A stretch of DNA of 64,000 nt. Origin: a virus. Lineage: Duplodnaviria; Heunggongvirae; Uroviricota; Caudoviricetes. Of this stretch, positions 41,783 through 51,187 are shown piece by piece. Location of the stretch: the IMG/VR virus record IMGVR_UViG_3300020045_006153, positions 275,550 to 339,549 of that record, one strand, 5' to 3'. The notes beneath the pieces were generated by a model, which made no database searches, was not told where the DNA came from, and saw only the letters and a program-made list of their open reading frames with translations. Position 1 is the stretch's first letter. Every line of letters begins with the position of its first letter. The position numbers were made by a program, and so were the translations under genes.

Positions 41783-42778
41783 ATGAATCTCATACAAGCA
41801 AGTGTCCAATCAGCATTACCACCTAATCGAAAGTTAACCACTGGCGGATGGGTGTCATTCAATGCTCCGTGCTGCATTCATAAAGGCGAAAGCGCAGATA
41901 CAAAGAAACGCGGCGGGATTTTATTTTCACAAGATGGATTTATCTACAGTTGTTTTAACTGCGGATTTAAAGCAGGATGGCAACCTGGTAAGATGCTAAG
42001 TCAAAATACAAAGAACTTATTTCATTGGATGGGAATGCCAGATAGTGATATTAATACTTTGATTGTTGAAACATTACGTGAAAAGAATGCTATACCAGTT
42101 GCGTCAAAAGTACTTAGTTTCGAATTGCATGATGTTGCATTGCCCGATGAGTGCCTGCCGATTATAACTTGGATTAATGAAGGATGCGAAGACACGAAAC
42201 TTCTTAATGTTATTGAATACATTTTAGGTCGAGGTCTTACATTAGATGATTACAACTGGCATTGGAGCAGTGCAACCGGCTACTCTGACAGAGTATTCAT
42301 ACCGTATTACTATCGCGGTAATGTAGTAGGATGGAATGGTCGTAAGATTAGAGACGGTGCACCGAAATATCTTAAGTCGGCACAAAATGGATATGTGTTT
42401 AACATCGATGCGCAGAATTATGAACGTGCATTTGTAATTGTAGTAGAAGGTGAGTTTGATGCAATCTCAATTGGAGGAGTTGCAATAGGTAGCAACAATC
42501 CTAACGAAACACAATGCGCAAGGATAAATGCATTAGCAAAAGAAGTAATAGTAGTCCCAGACAGAGATAAAGCAGGTGCAATGATGCTTGATGCTGCAAT
42601 AGCAAACGGTTGGAGTATGAGTTTACCGCCTTGGGGCGATGATATTAAAGATGTAAACGATGCAGTAAAACGATACGGTAAAGTATACGTATTAGCAGTA
42701 ATATTACATTATAGAACATCTAACAATCTACTAATTGAATTAGAAAAGAAAAAACTAGAAAGAATTCATGGCAATTAA
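41783..42778 (+). CDS. DNA primase (gp61-like, Zn-binding + TOPRIM)
   Basis: CC..H...CFNCG, VEGEFDA, PDRDKAG, KDVND. Confidence 0.9.
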   Translation: MNLIQASVQSALPPNRKLTTGGWVSFNAPCCIHKGESADTKKRGGILFSQDGFIYSCFNCGFKAGWQPGKMLSQNTKNLFHWMGMPDSDINTLIVETLREKNAIPVASKVLSFELHDVALPDECLPIITWINEGCEDTKLLNVIEYILGRGLTLDDYNWHWSSATGYSDRVFIPYYYRGNVVGWNGRKIRDGAPKYLKSAQNGYVFNIDAQNYERAFVIVVEGEFDAISIGGVAIGSNNPNETQCARINALAKEVIVVPDRDKAGAMMLDAAIANGWSMSLPPWGDDIKDVNDAVKRYGKVYVLAVILHYRTSNNLLIELEKKKLERIHGN

Positions 42779-44252
42779 ACAAGAAACTAAAAAAACAAAC
42801 TACAGTCAAGACGTACAAAAATTATATTTAGAAATGTTTTTAAGTGATGCAGAAACTTTCATACGTTGCCAAAGTATTTTTGATCCAGAAGCGTTTGATC
42901 AACGGTTGCAAGACACTGCAAAGTTTATTACAGAATACGTAGATAGTTATAAAATTATGCCAGAAGTTGCAATTGTTAATGCAACGTGTAATTCAAATCT
43001 AACTCAACTTGATTTACCAAAAGAAAATTATGATTGGCTAATGGAAGAATTTGAAAGTTTTTCTAGGCACAAAGCACTCGAACATGCAATTATTAAATCT
43101 GCAGACTTAATTGAAAAAGGCGATTATGGTCCAGTAGAAAAAATGATTAAAGATGCTGTTCAAATTAGTTTAAATCGCGATATGGGTACAGATTATTTTG
43201 ACGACCCCCGTGCACGATTAATGAAACTTAAAGACGGTAATGGACAAATTAGTACAGGGTGGCCAAGCGTTGATCGTAAGTTGTACGGAGGATTCAATCG
43301 TGGCGAACTTAATATTTTTGCGGCTGCGTCCGGAGGCGGTAAGAGTTTATTTCTTGCTAACTTAGGAGTAAATTGGGCGCTGCAAGGCCTTAATGTTGTA
43401 TACTTAACATTTGAATTAAGTGAAGCATTAGTGGCCATGCGACTAGACAGTATGATGACAGGTATTCCAGCGCGTGAAGTATTTCGTTCTATTGATGATG
43501 TGGAATTGAAGGTTAAAATGCTGGGAAAAAAGGCGGGAAGTGTACAGATCAAGTATATGCCCTCAGGGAAAAATTGTAACGATATTAGAGCCTATTTGAA
43601 GGAATATCAGGTCAAAAAGGGATATAAACCAGACGTTTTGTTAATAGATTACCTTGATTTGATGATGCCTTTATCTGTGAAGATAAGTCCTAGTGATCTG
43701 TTTATTAAGGACAAATATGTATCAGAAGAACTTCGTAATTTGGGCATGGAAACTAACACATTAATGGTTACTGCATCGCAGTTAAACAGAAGCGCAGTTG
43801 AAGAAATCGAGTTCGATCACTCGCACATTTCCGGAGGATTGTCTAAGATTCAAACTGCAGATAATGTAATCGGTATCTTTACTAGTCGCGCTATGAAGGA
43901 GCGTGGCCGCTATCAGATTCAATTTATGAAAACACGTTCTAGTTCAGGTGTTGGACAGAAAGTTGATCTCGAGTTTAACGGAGATACATTGCGAATCGGT
44001 GACCTTGGAGATGAAGAAGATACAAGTAGTTTTAATCAAGGTGGCGGGCAGAAGCAAATGCCAAACGGTACCAATGCAACTATTAACTCGTTTAAGAAGA
44101 CGAGTACAGTTAGAGAAACAGTTGATCCCGATACTGGAGAGATTCGATCTGCAGATCCTAAGTCAGGCATTGCAGCACCAAAAGTTAAAGCAGACGCCGG
44201 TGGCTCACAAATACGTAAAATGCTAGCATCTATTAATACAGAAAAAGATTAA
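42768..44252 (+). CDS. Replicative DnaB-family helicase (gp41-like)
   Basis: AASGGGKS, TFELSE, IDYLDL, TASQLNR, KTR. Confidence 0.93.
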   Translation: MAIKQETKKTNYSQDVQKLYLEMFLSDAETFIRCQSIFDPEAFDQRLQDTAKFITEYVDSYKIMPEVAIVNATCNSNLTQLDLPKENYDWLMEEFESFSRHKALEHAIIKSADLIEKGDYGPVEKMIKDAVQISLNRDMGTDYFDDPRARLMKLKDGNGQISTGWPSVDRKLYGGFNRGELNIFAAASGGGKSLFLANLGVNWALQGLNVVYLTFELSEALVAMRLDSMMTGIPAREVFRSIDDVELKVKMLGKKAGSVQIKYMPSGKNCNDIRAYLKEYQVKKGYKPDVLLIDYLDLMMPLSVKISPSDLFIKDKYVSEELRNLGMETNTLMVTASQLNRSAVEEIEFDHSHISGGLSKIQTADNVIGIFTSRAMKERGRYQIQFMKTRSSSGVGQKVDLEFNGDTLRIGDLGDEEDTSSFNQGGGQKQMPNGTNATINSFKKTSTVRETVDPDTGEIRSADPKSGIAAPKVKADAGGSQIRKMLASINTEKD

Positions 44253-44912
44253 ATGATACCTAAATTGATTATTCAGGTATATGCAAGCAGTATACCTATG
44301 CCAGGTGAAATTAGACAAAATATAGAACATATTAAAACGATTAACACTGGATATCAGCATAAATTGTTTGACGAAACAGCAGTTAGAGAATATATTCAAA
44401 ACAATAGTTGGCCAGAACTACTTGAGCAAATTGATCGTATAAATCCTAAATACTTTGTAGTACTGCTTGATATATTTAGATATCTTATTTTGTATAAAGA
44501 AGGTGGTGTGTACCTTGATATTAAAAGTACATTATCTGCGCCATTAGATGATGTACTTTTATCTAGCGATTTGTTTTTACTACCTGATAATGCTTATAAT
44601 ATTTTTTTGCAATGGTGTGTTATCTCAGTTCCTAATCACCCATACCTTAAATTAATACTCGATACAATAGTGCATACATTAGCAAACTATCAATATCAAA
44701 TCGACGGAGTTGGAGAAAAAGGAGTATTTAATGTATCGGGATCGGGGATGTATTCTCGATGTATTTTGTCATTGTTTAACCCTTCCTTACACCGAATAGT
44801 TAATTTATCTACAGTAGGTATAAAATATACTATTTTTAACAAGTCAACTGCGCATAAGTTGCTATTTAATAAACCACATTATACTACATTATTGGCAAAA
44901 TTAGTTATCTAA
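44253..44912 (+). CDS. GT32 (OCH1-like) glycosyltransferase
   Basis: MIPKLIIQ, DIFRYLILYKEGGVYLDI. Confidence 0.85.
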   Translation: MIPKLIIQVYASSIPMPGEIRQNIEHIKTINTGYQHKLFDETAVREYIQNNSWPELLEQIDRINPKYFVVLLDIFRYLILYKEGGVYLDIKSTLSAPLDDVLLSSDLFLLPDNAYNIFLQWCVISVPNHPYLKLILDTIVHTLANYQYQIDGVGEKGVFNVSGSGMYSRCILSLFNPSLHRIVNLSTVGIKYTIFNKSTAHKLLFNKPHYTTLLAKLVI

Positions 44913-44951
44913 CTCGTTAAGTTTGTATGCATAGTATGTTATACTAATTGT

Positions 44952-45488
44952 ATGAAGAAGCAAACATTTAATCTAGATATGGATGGCGTAGTAGCAGACT
45001 GGTCAGCAGGTGCTGCTAAAATTGTAGGGTACAAAATTGACGATCCGAATCAACTCTATCCTGATAGTGATTGGGCAAAGATTAGAGAGCATCAACGTAT
45101 GTTCCGAGATCTACCGTTGATGCCACATGCCTTAGAGATGATAGATATTGCACGTGGATTCCGTGATCAATTGGGATACGAGTTAGTTTATCTAACTGCA
45201 ATCCCGCACTATAACGACGTTCATTGGGCGTTCTGGGATAAGATGCTGTGGTCAATGCATCATTCTCCTGATATCCCTGTGCACTTCGGGCCTTATTCTG
45301 CAGATAAAGCAATACATTGTTTGCCTGGCGATATTCTAGTTGATGATCGATCTGATAACTGCTCCGAATGGGTAAACGCAGGCGGTGTTGCGGTTCATGT
45401 ACGAACTGGCCATTATAGAGATGCATTAAATACACTCGCAGCAATGTTTGAGAAGAAACTTGCATTGCAACGCCTTTCTAATATGTAA
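44952..45488 (+). CDS. HAD 5'(3')-deoxyribonucleotidase-like protein
   Basis: LDMDGVVAD, YLTA, DK..W, ILVDDR..N..EW..AGG. Confidence 0.85.
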   Translation: MKKQTFNLDMDGVVADWSAGAAKIVGYKIDDPNQLYPDSDWAKIREHQRMFRDLPLMPHALEMIDIARGFRDQLGYELVYLTAIPHYNDVHWAFWDKMLWSMHHSPDIPVHFGPYSADKAIHCLPGDILVDDRSDNCSEWVNAGGVAVHVRTGHYRDALNTLAAMFEKKLALQRLSNM

Positions 45489-45492
45489 AAAC

Positions 45493-46227
45493 ATGCAAGT
45501 AGATATTTCCAATAACCTTATTAAGAGTTGCACCTGTGGCAACAAGACTGAATTCACACCTAACTCAATCTGCGATGTATCAATCCTCATTTGTAATGAA
45601 TGTGGTGTTGCGCATCAATTGCTAGAGGGATGGGATGAAGCAAAATTAAACGAATTCTACGGACATGAGTACCATAAGAATTACATGCAGAAGACAGGTC
45701 ATCAATCATATCACGATAGATATAAGCACGACCTTGCAGTTGCTGCAAAGCGATTTGCAACTTACTCTGCATATATTATGGGTGCAATTGGAAAAAAGAC
45801 GTTAGATATCGGAAGTTCGAATAGTGCATTTGTACACTATGCATTAGCAAACGGATATGATGCTTGGGGACTAGAACCCGGCGACATCGGCGACGACGGT
45901 TGCACTATTCGTGGCAACCTTGCATCTGCAAGAATCGACGAAGGAGTATGGGACTTAATCACAATGCATGATAGCATCGAGCACATGGTTAATATTGGAT
46001 CTGCACTAACAAAAGTACACAGTCTATTGTCCACAGACGGAAAATTGATTATTGATTTACCTAACTTCTGGCATACAGACGGCATGCACCACTGGAAAGT
46101 AGTTGAGCATCTTTGGTTCCATAATGTTGATCAAATGACAGAATTACTTAATAACCACGGGTTTGATGTTGATGCAGTACACGAGCCTATTCCTGGAAAA
46201 CTCGTGTTTTATACAATTAAGGTTTAA
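45493..46227 (+). CDS. Class I SAM methyltransferase with N-terminal Zn motif
   Basis: CTCG...CNECG, LDIGSS, GLEP, HDSIEH, HLWF. Confidence 0.8.
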   Translation: MQVDISNNLIKSCTCGNKTEFTPNSICDVSILICNECGVAHQLLEGWDEAKLNEFYGHEYHKNYMQKTGHQSYHDRYKHDLAVAAKRFATYSAYIMGAIGKKTLDIGSSNSAFVHYALANGYDAWGLEPGDIGDDGCTIRGNLASARIDEGVWDLITMHDSIEHMVNIGSALTKVHSLLSTDGKLIIDLPNFWHTDGMHHWKVVEHLWFHNVDQMTELLNNHGFDVDAVHEPIPGKLVFYTIKV

Positions 46228-46870
46228 GAACTAAAGGAAGATACTTTTGCACTAGTTGCAAACGTAACTGCGGACTTTGGCCCGGCCAATGCATAACCCA
46301 ATCACCGGGTTGCCATTGGCCATTTGTACCTATGCAGTCGATATGGTTCCTAGGGTCTAGGCCATCTATTCCGTGACATCCATCAGAGAAGCAAGCAGCA
46401 TTAAATGTTCTCTGGGGAACAATTTTAATAATGTCTTTGAAGTGGTTAAATGTATCGATCATTACTTCTTGCTCATTTGGATACAAGTGTGATACAGACA
46501 TAATCATTTCAAGATACTTACGGCCTTCTATTGAATTACGGACCATCATCATACCTGCATTGATTCCATTCCAATATGTAGTTAGTAGCACATGGTACTC
46601 ATTATCTACAACATCTTCAATACGGATGTTGAAGTTAGTGATCAAAGAATCACAATCTTTCCAGAGTATCCATTCTACATCGGGATTCTCATTACATATA
46701 GCAAGTAGCAGATCGATCTTAGCGTATCCGGGATTTGCAATATCGCTATCTGTCATTGCAACATATGGATAGTCGTGCAGTTCACAATACTTAAGTCCGT
46801 TTTCGTTCCATGTGTATGGATACAAATAATTGTACCCTTCGTCATGCATAGTTGCTATTGCCATTACCAT
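46217..46870 (-). CDS. GT34-like galactosyl/xylosyltransferase
   Basis: YCELHDY, WILWKDCDSLITN, INAGMMMVRNS, EQ, GDWVMHWPG. Confidence 0.8.
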   Translation of the reverse strand: MVMAIATMHDEGYNYLYPYTWNENGLKYCELHDYPYVAMTDSDIANPGYAKIDLLLAICNENPDVEWILWKDCDSLITNFNIRIEDVVDNEYHVLLTTYWNGINAGMMMVRNSIEGRKYLEMIMSVSHLYPNEQEVMIDTFNHFKDIIKIVPQRTFNAACFSDGCHGIDGLDPRNHIDCIGTNGQWQPGDWVMHWPGQSPQLRLQLVQKYLPLVLKP

Positions 46871-46874
46871 AATA

Positions 46875-47651
46875 TTAAAAGTAAAAAATGTTTGTTCTAT
46901 ATGGATAGTTAACTTCTAACCGTTCCATAGTTTCGTTCTTGCGGGTTTCAATCCACATTGTTTTTCCCAATGCTAATCCCACAGCACACGGACTAGACAT
47001 GCTAGTAATAAGCATTTCGCTGCCTGCTATAACAGATGCCATATCTTTAAATGTAGCAGTGGGGAAATATGGAACAGAAGTTTTAAAAGTTTCATTGAAC
47101 CATTCGTGCTCTTCTTTAAATCCGATAAACACCGATTGATCAGATAGCCCGTAGTCTACCCATTCTTGCCATTGCGGACTGATAACGTTGTTGCCGTCTT
47201 GATATCGTTTACCCCTGAAAATAACTATAGGACGGTCTTTTATTTTTAAGGGAGTATTGCAGGTCATATATGGACGCATTTGCAAAGCAATTTTGTTTGC
47301 TTCTAAATCTAGTCCGCATGCCTTTGCATATTGATTGGGGAAGTTCCTTGGGAATACACCAACTTCATGATGGCGGGCCATTTCGTCAAGATCGTAATCT
47401 ACCTTCTCGCCAGCCCATACAGTAAATCCAGTTATGTAGTCTTGTTCCAGAATAAAAGATTCCATGCTTTTAAAATCTTCCAGTGACATACGCCCCGAAT
47501 GAAAGCCAGCGCTCGGCCATCCTAATTTCTCCTGTATCATGCGATCCATATTATGTAATTTTAGATACAAATGCCCCCCACCCAATAACTTAACTACTGA
47601 AAGAGAATTAAAAACATCCCCCGTAGTACCTGAATGTGAAAATGTTAACAT
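46875..47651 (-). CDS. GT-B-like hypothetical protein
   Basis: HSGTTGD N-terminus; MASVIAGSEMLITSMSSP..VGLALGK resembles a GT9 C-terminal motif. Confidence 0.5.
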   Translation of the reverse strand: MLTFSHSGTTGDVFNSLSVVKLLGGGHLYLKLHNMDRMIQEKLGWPSAGFHSGRMSLEDFKSMESFILEQDYITGFTVWAGEKVDYDLDEMARHHEVGVFPRNFPNQYAKACGLDLEANKIALQMRPYMTCNTPLKIKDRPIVIFRGKRYQDGNNVISPQWQEWVDYGLSDQSVFIGFKEEHEWFNETFKTSVPYFPTATFKDMASVIAGSEMLITSMSSPCAVGLALGKTMWIETRKNETMERLEVNYPYRTNIFYF

Positions 47652-47743
47652 GCAAGTATTTACAGATTAGGAACAGGAGAGCCCTGACTTCTGAGTGCGA
47701 AGCACGGCGTGCGCAAAAATTTTAAAACTATTATCTACGTAGT

Positions 47744-47956
47744 TTATGATCCGCCACCGGCCCCATTTAGTGTATTAATAGCATTGATGACATCGTCATG
47801 AGTAGCAAAGTACGCACTGTAAGGAATGCCTTCAGGCGTCTCTAACCGTATCATCCATACCTCTCCGATCTCAGCGACTGCTAGGATATAACCATATGTA
47901 TTGCGCAATGGGCCAATGCAATAGTGTGGAATAACTTTGAAAGTGTGGTCAAACAT
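47744..47956 (-). CDS. Small hypothetical protein
   Basis: TAAATA upstream on the minus strand. Confidence 0.5.
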   Translation of the reverse strand: MFDHTFKVIPHYCIGPLRNTYGYILAVAEIGEVWMIRLETPEGIPYSAYFATHDDVINAINTLNGAGGGS

Positions 47957-48035
47957 ATACTAGATTATTTAACCCAAAAAAAACTTTAAGCACAACAAAA
48001 AATTGTGTAAAAAATTTTCAAGGGTGTGAAATCTG

Positions 48036-48236
48036 TTATGTTGGTACTTCTATAGCGAATTTTATCCATGCTATCTTACACATACTGTAGTTGGAGCGTA
48101 GATAAAACTTAAACACTGTATGAGTATGTTTAACGAATTCTGAGTATTCGATACCTTGTGCACAGTAGTTCTGGATAAGGAAGCGGCGGCATTCATCTAA
48201 GTGACCATTGGGTATAGTGAGTTCTAAATTGTACAT
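48036..48236 (-). CDS. Small hypothetical protein
   Basis: TAAATA 5 nt upstream of the ATG. Confidence 0.5.
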   Translation of the reverse strand: MYNLELTIPNGHLDECRRFLIQNYCAQGIEYSEFVKHTHTVFKFYLRSNYSMCKIAWIKFAIEVPT

Positions 48237-48477
48237 AGTGATATTTACACTAGAGACAGCCCGAAAACTTTACATATAGCCAAAAAAGTTGCGCGTAAAA
48301 AAAAGCGTGGTTGGAGAACCATACCCCTGGTGATTTACAACCATTGGTTTGATTTTAGGGGTTTAGAATAGTAGAGAAACATAGTAGGGGAAAATGCTTG
48401 CTTGTTGCGCAAATGCAACAATAGTTTTGTGCTATATGCCCCCACCCCCCATAAGGGGACCCTATAGGCCCCACCAC

Positions 48478-48603
48478 CTAGTCCATTAACCCCAGCGCCC
48501 TCAGGGTCCGGATAACCTCTGCTCGCGTGTAGCCGGTCATAATGCAAATGCCTCCGATGGACAGTTCGTTTTCGGTGTACAGTGTGCGGATGTATTCTTG
48601 CAT
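48478..48603 (-). CDS. 41-aa HTH-like peptide (not in ORF track)
   Basis: MQEYIRTLYTENELSIGGICIMTGYTRAEVIRTLRALGLMD; own TTGACA-17-TATAAT promoter. Confidence 0.55.
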   Translation of the reverse strand: MQEYIRTLYTENELSIGGICIMTGYTRAEVIRTLRALGLMD

Positions 48604-48746
48604 GTTACGTGTGCCCTGTTAGTGTGTATGCATGTATTATAACAGCGCATCGCTACGCTGTCAAGCAGTAACCCTACGCACTACTACACTACTGGCACAG
48701 CAAACACAGTGCCCACATAGTTCTCGTAGTCGCAGGATGTCAATGA

Positions 48747-48899
48747 CTATTTCAAAAACACTGCAAAGAATCCGCCTTCGCACAGCAGCCACAATGTAAT
48801 TGCCTGGGCAATTAGGGTTATGCCAATCTCGCGTCCTTGGTTAATCACAATGCCCAGGCTCAGCGTCATCAGGAACAGGAGCGTAATTTGAGGCCACAT
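48747..48899 (-). CDS. 50-aa membrane peptide
   Basis: MWPQITLLFLMTLSLG...LLCEGGFF; promoter and SD present. Confidence 0.55.
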   Translation of the reverse strand: MWPQITLLFLMTLSLGIVINQGREIGITLIAQAITLWLLCEGGFFAVFLK

Positions 48900-48964
48900 A
48901 ATGTTCTTCCTTTGTTAGTGTGTATGCATGTATTATAGCACAGTTGTTTAGGCTGTGCTATACT

Positions 48965-49138
48965 TTACATAAAAGATTTCTTGTACAAGTCCCACATGTA
49001 CACTGCAAACGCTCCCGAGGCATCGCGCAACCGCACTACCTTATTCCGGGCATAACAATGGTAGAAGCAATCACGGTAAAGTTTACCATGCGCAACTTCC
49101 CCATCTGTGTCAACAAACCTATACGAAACTGGGGACAT
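48965..49138 (-). CDS. 57-aa hypothetical protein
   Basis: MSPVSYRFVDTDGEVAHGK...; promoter and SD aagga present. Confidence 0.55.
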   Translation of the reverse strand: MSPVSYRFVDTDGEVAHGKLYRDCFYHCYARNKVVRLRDASGAFAVYMWDLYKKSFM

Positions 49139-49194
49139 GTTGCTCTTCCTTGTTACTGTGTATGCATGTATTATAACATGCAGTTAACACATTG

Positions 49195-49350
49195 TCAACT
49201 GTTATCTGGCCACCAGTTTGGGTGTTTTGTTTTGTTGTATCCGCGGTTGTACAGTGCCCACTTCTCGGAAAACTCCGGGTAAGGATTTGAGTTGTCCTTA
49301 CCTTTGTGTGCGTCAATACAGCCTTGCTCGTATGGGTTTGTTGTGTGCAT
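49195..49350 (-). CDS. 51-aa RMF/CrpP-fold-like peptide, leaderless
   Basis: YEQGCIDAHKG..NPYPEFSEKWALYNRGY; ATG 6 nt after TATAAT. Confidence 0.5.
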   Translation of the reverse strand: MHTTNPYEQGCIDAHKGKDNSNPYPEFSEKWALYNRGYNKTKHPNWWPDNS

Positions 49351-49398
49351 ATATGTATTATAGCACAGGTGTTTATGCTGTGCTATAACTTTACAAAA

Positions 49399-49629
49399 CT
49401 ATTTCAAACCCAACTTTACAGCGGCTGCAACTGCTTCTGGGGGCAAGGGGATGCCGCTTGCTTTTGCAGCGTCGTAGGCTGCTTGTAATGCTTGCATTTG
49501 CGCATTGCTAACACGCACAGTAGCCTGCGGACCGCGGTCCTTCTCAACTTTATTTTGCAGCGCATACAAGCTATTTTGCTGGCGCTTGTTGAGATTGGAC
49601 AAAACTGCTGTTTGGAGTGGAGTGTTCAT
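49399..49629 (-). CDS. Early hypothetical protein
   Basis: MNTPLQTAV...; promoter and SD present. Confidence 0.7.
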   Translation of the reverse strand: MNTPLQTAVLSNLNKRQQNSLYALQNKVEKDRGPQATVRVSNAQMQALQAAYDAAKASGIPLPPEAVAAAVKLGLK

Positions 49630-49719
49630 TTCGTTTCCTTTGTTTGTTGCGTATGCATGTATTATACAACGCAGGCGGGGAAAGGGCAAGCGTTATTTGC
49701 TATGCCCTTTCACTTTACT

Positions 49720-50034
49720 TTACCAGCGGCTACCGTTCATTGCGTTTGCAACCACGCTCTTCACCGCTGCCTCAAACGCATCGCCCTCAAACAGCTTGTC
49801 CTCGTCCAAGTTATCCTGTACAATGTTGGTAAAGTCGTAGTTGTCAATCCAACGTTCCAAGTCGCTATCAATGTCCGGACCCGTTGCAGCGTTTTCTTCC
49901 AAGTCCAGGATACGCGCTTGCATTTCCACAATCTGCGTTTCGTAGCGCTCTTCCACTACCTTCACCGCCGCTGCAACCATTTGCGTAATCGTTGCGTTCA
50001 GCGTTGCTTGGAACAGTGCAGTAAAGTCAGTCAT
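49720..50034 (-). CDS. Early acidic coiled-coil protein
   Basis: Promoter and SD present. Confidence 0.75.
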   Translation of the reverse strand: MTDFTALFQATLNATITQMVAAAVKVVEERYETQIVEMQARILDLEENAATGPDIDSDLERWIDNYDFTNIVQDNLDEDKLFEGDAFEAAVKSVVANAMNGSRW

Positions 50035-50073
50035 TTCGTTTTCCTTGTGTGTTGCTATGCATGTATTATAACG

Positions 50074-50283
50074 TTAAACAGTTGCCTTGTCAAGCATTTT
50101 CAGCCCCCACGTGCCATCATTATTGTTGTTGCGCAGGACCTTTGCATGTGCCCGGGCAGTGCAATCCGTTGCCTCAACTTCAAGCAGTTCTGCCATTTCC
50201 ACCATGTACTCTGGCCAGTACACAGCAGGGTCACATACAATAATGTGAGTGGGGAAAACAATGGTGTTGTGTTTAATTTGCAT
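50074..50283 (-). CDS. Early hypothetical protein, leaderless
   Basis: TATAAT-ACACAC-ATG. Confidence 0.6.
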   Translation of the reverse strand: MQIKHNTIVFPTHIIVCDPAVYWPEYMVEMAELLEVEATDCTARAHAKVLRNNNNDGTWGLKMLDKATV

Positions 50284-50300
50284 GTGTGTATTATAACACC

Positions 50301-50480
50301 TTACAGCACAGCGGAAGGCATCTTTACAAGAATATTATTAAATGCGCCAAGCGGAATTGCCTGCGCGGTACCGTACAAGTCCCCTTCAGCGTGCCGCAAG
50401 GCGCGGGCGAGGATCTTCCACTCCTCCAGCGTAAAGTGTGCATATGCTGCTTGTGTCTTTTGCAGTTCAGTCAGTTCCAT
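50301..50480 (-). CDS. 59-aa hypothetical protein
   Basis: MELTELQKTQAAYAHF...; promoter and SD present. Confidence 0.6.
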   Translation of the reverse strand: MELTELQKTQAAYAHFTLEEWKILARALRHAEGDLYGTAQAIPLGAFNNILVKMPSAVL

Positions 50481-50545
50481 TGCGCGTCCTTGTTAGTGTG
50501 TATGCATGTATTATAGCATACATGCAGGAATTGTCAACCTTTATT

Positions 50546-50704
50546 TCACAACTGTTGGATCTTCCGTGCCACAATCCGTGCAGCAATCAACACCTGCAGC
50601 AAGGGTTCTGCAACCGCCTTAGCGCGGTTTTTAGAGGGCGCGGATACAACTACCTTATGTTGTTCTCCCGTCGCTGTGCGGGCTTCTACAATGTATGTGT
50701 GCAT
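50546..50704 (-). CDS. 52-aa hypothetical protein
   Basis: MHTYIVEARTATGEQHKVVVSAPS...; ATG abuts the upstream TAA. Confidence 0.5.
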   Translation of the reverse strand: MHTYIVEARTATGEQHKVVVSAPSKNRAKAVAEPLLQVLIAARIVARKIQQL

Positions 50705-50800
50705 TTATTCCCAGTAAACAAAACGTTTTGTAATATTCTTGTAAGCAAAATAACTTACAATAAGCGGGCTAAAAAGTACGAGCAGTTTAAGTATGTCCAT
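50705..50800 (-). CDS. 31-aa leaderless membrane peptide
   Basis: TATAAT-ACATGC-ATG; MDILKLLVLFSPLIVSYFAYKNITKRFVYWE. Confidence 0.5.
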   Translation of the reverse strand: MDILKLLVLFSPLIVSYFAYKNITKRFVYWE

Positions 50801-50860
50801 GCATGTATTATAACGTTATTTGGACAAACGGGCAAGCGTTATTTGCATTGCCCTTTCACT

Positions 50861-51103
50861 TTACTCAACTACATGCAGTCGCGTTTCCAACACGTCCTTG
50901 CCGCCACGCGCATCGTAGTGTGTGCTTGTGTGCACTGTCACCTGCATGCCTGCTGCTTCCAGTGCAGCCTTTATAACAGCATAGTCCTCTTCCTTCCAGC
51001 GCCACACTTTAATGCTGCGTGCGCCGTCCTTCAGTTTGTCGTTAAAAATAGTCGGATGTGTGCCGGCCAGTTTGCGTACAATCTGCATTACGTTTGTTGC
51101 CAT
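50861..51103 (-). CDS. Early hypothetical protein (in GA/GG-free block)
   Basis: Promoter and SD present. Confidence 0.8.
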   Translation of the reverse strand: MATNVMQIVRKLAGTHPTIFNDKLKDGARSIKVWRWKEEDYAVIKAALEAAGMQVTVHTSTHYDARGGKDVLETRLHVVE

Positions 51104-51187
51104 TTGCGTGTCCTTGTTGCTGTGTATGCATGTATTATAACATGCATTGTAAAGTGCACAAATAATACTTGTGCACTTTACATATCT

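Noticed and set aside
48335-48547. ORF-track 70-aa minus-strand ORF over the G-run tract
   Set aside because: No SD or promoter; the promoter-linked frame is 48478..48603.
49119-49316. ORF-track 65-aa minus-strand ORF
   Set aside because: It has a TTG start without SD and runs through the next promoter; the overlapping frame 49195..49350 fits the cassette structure better.
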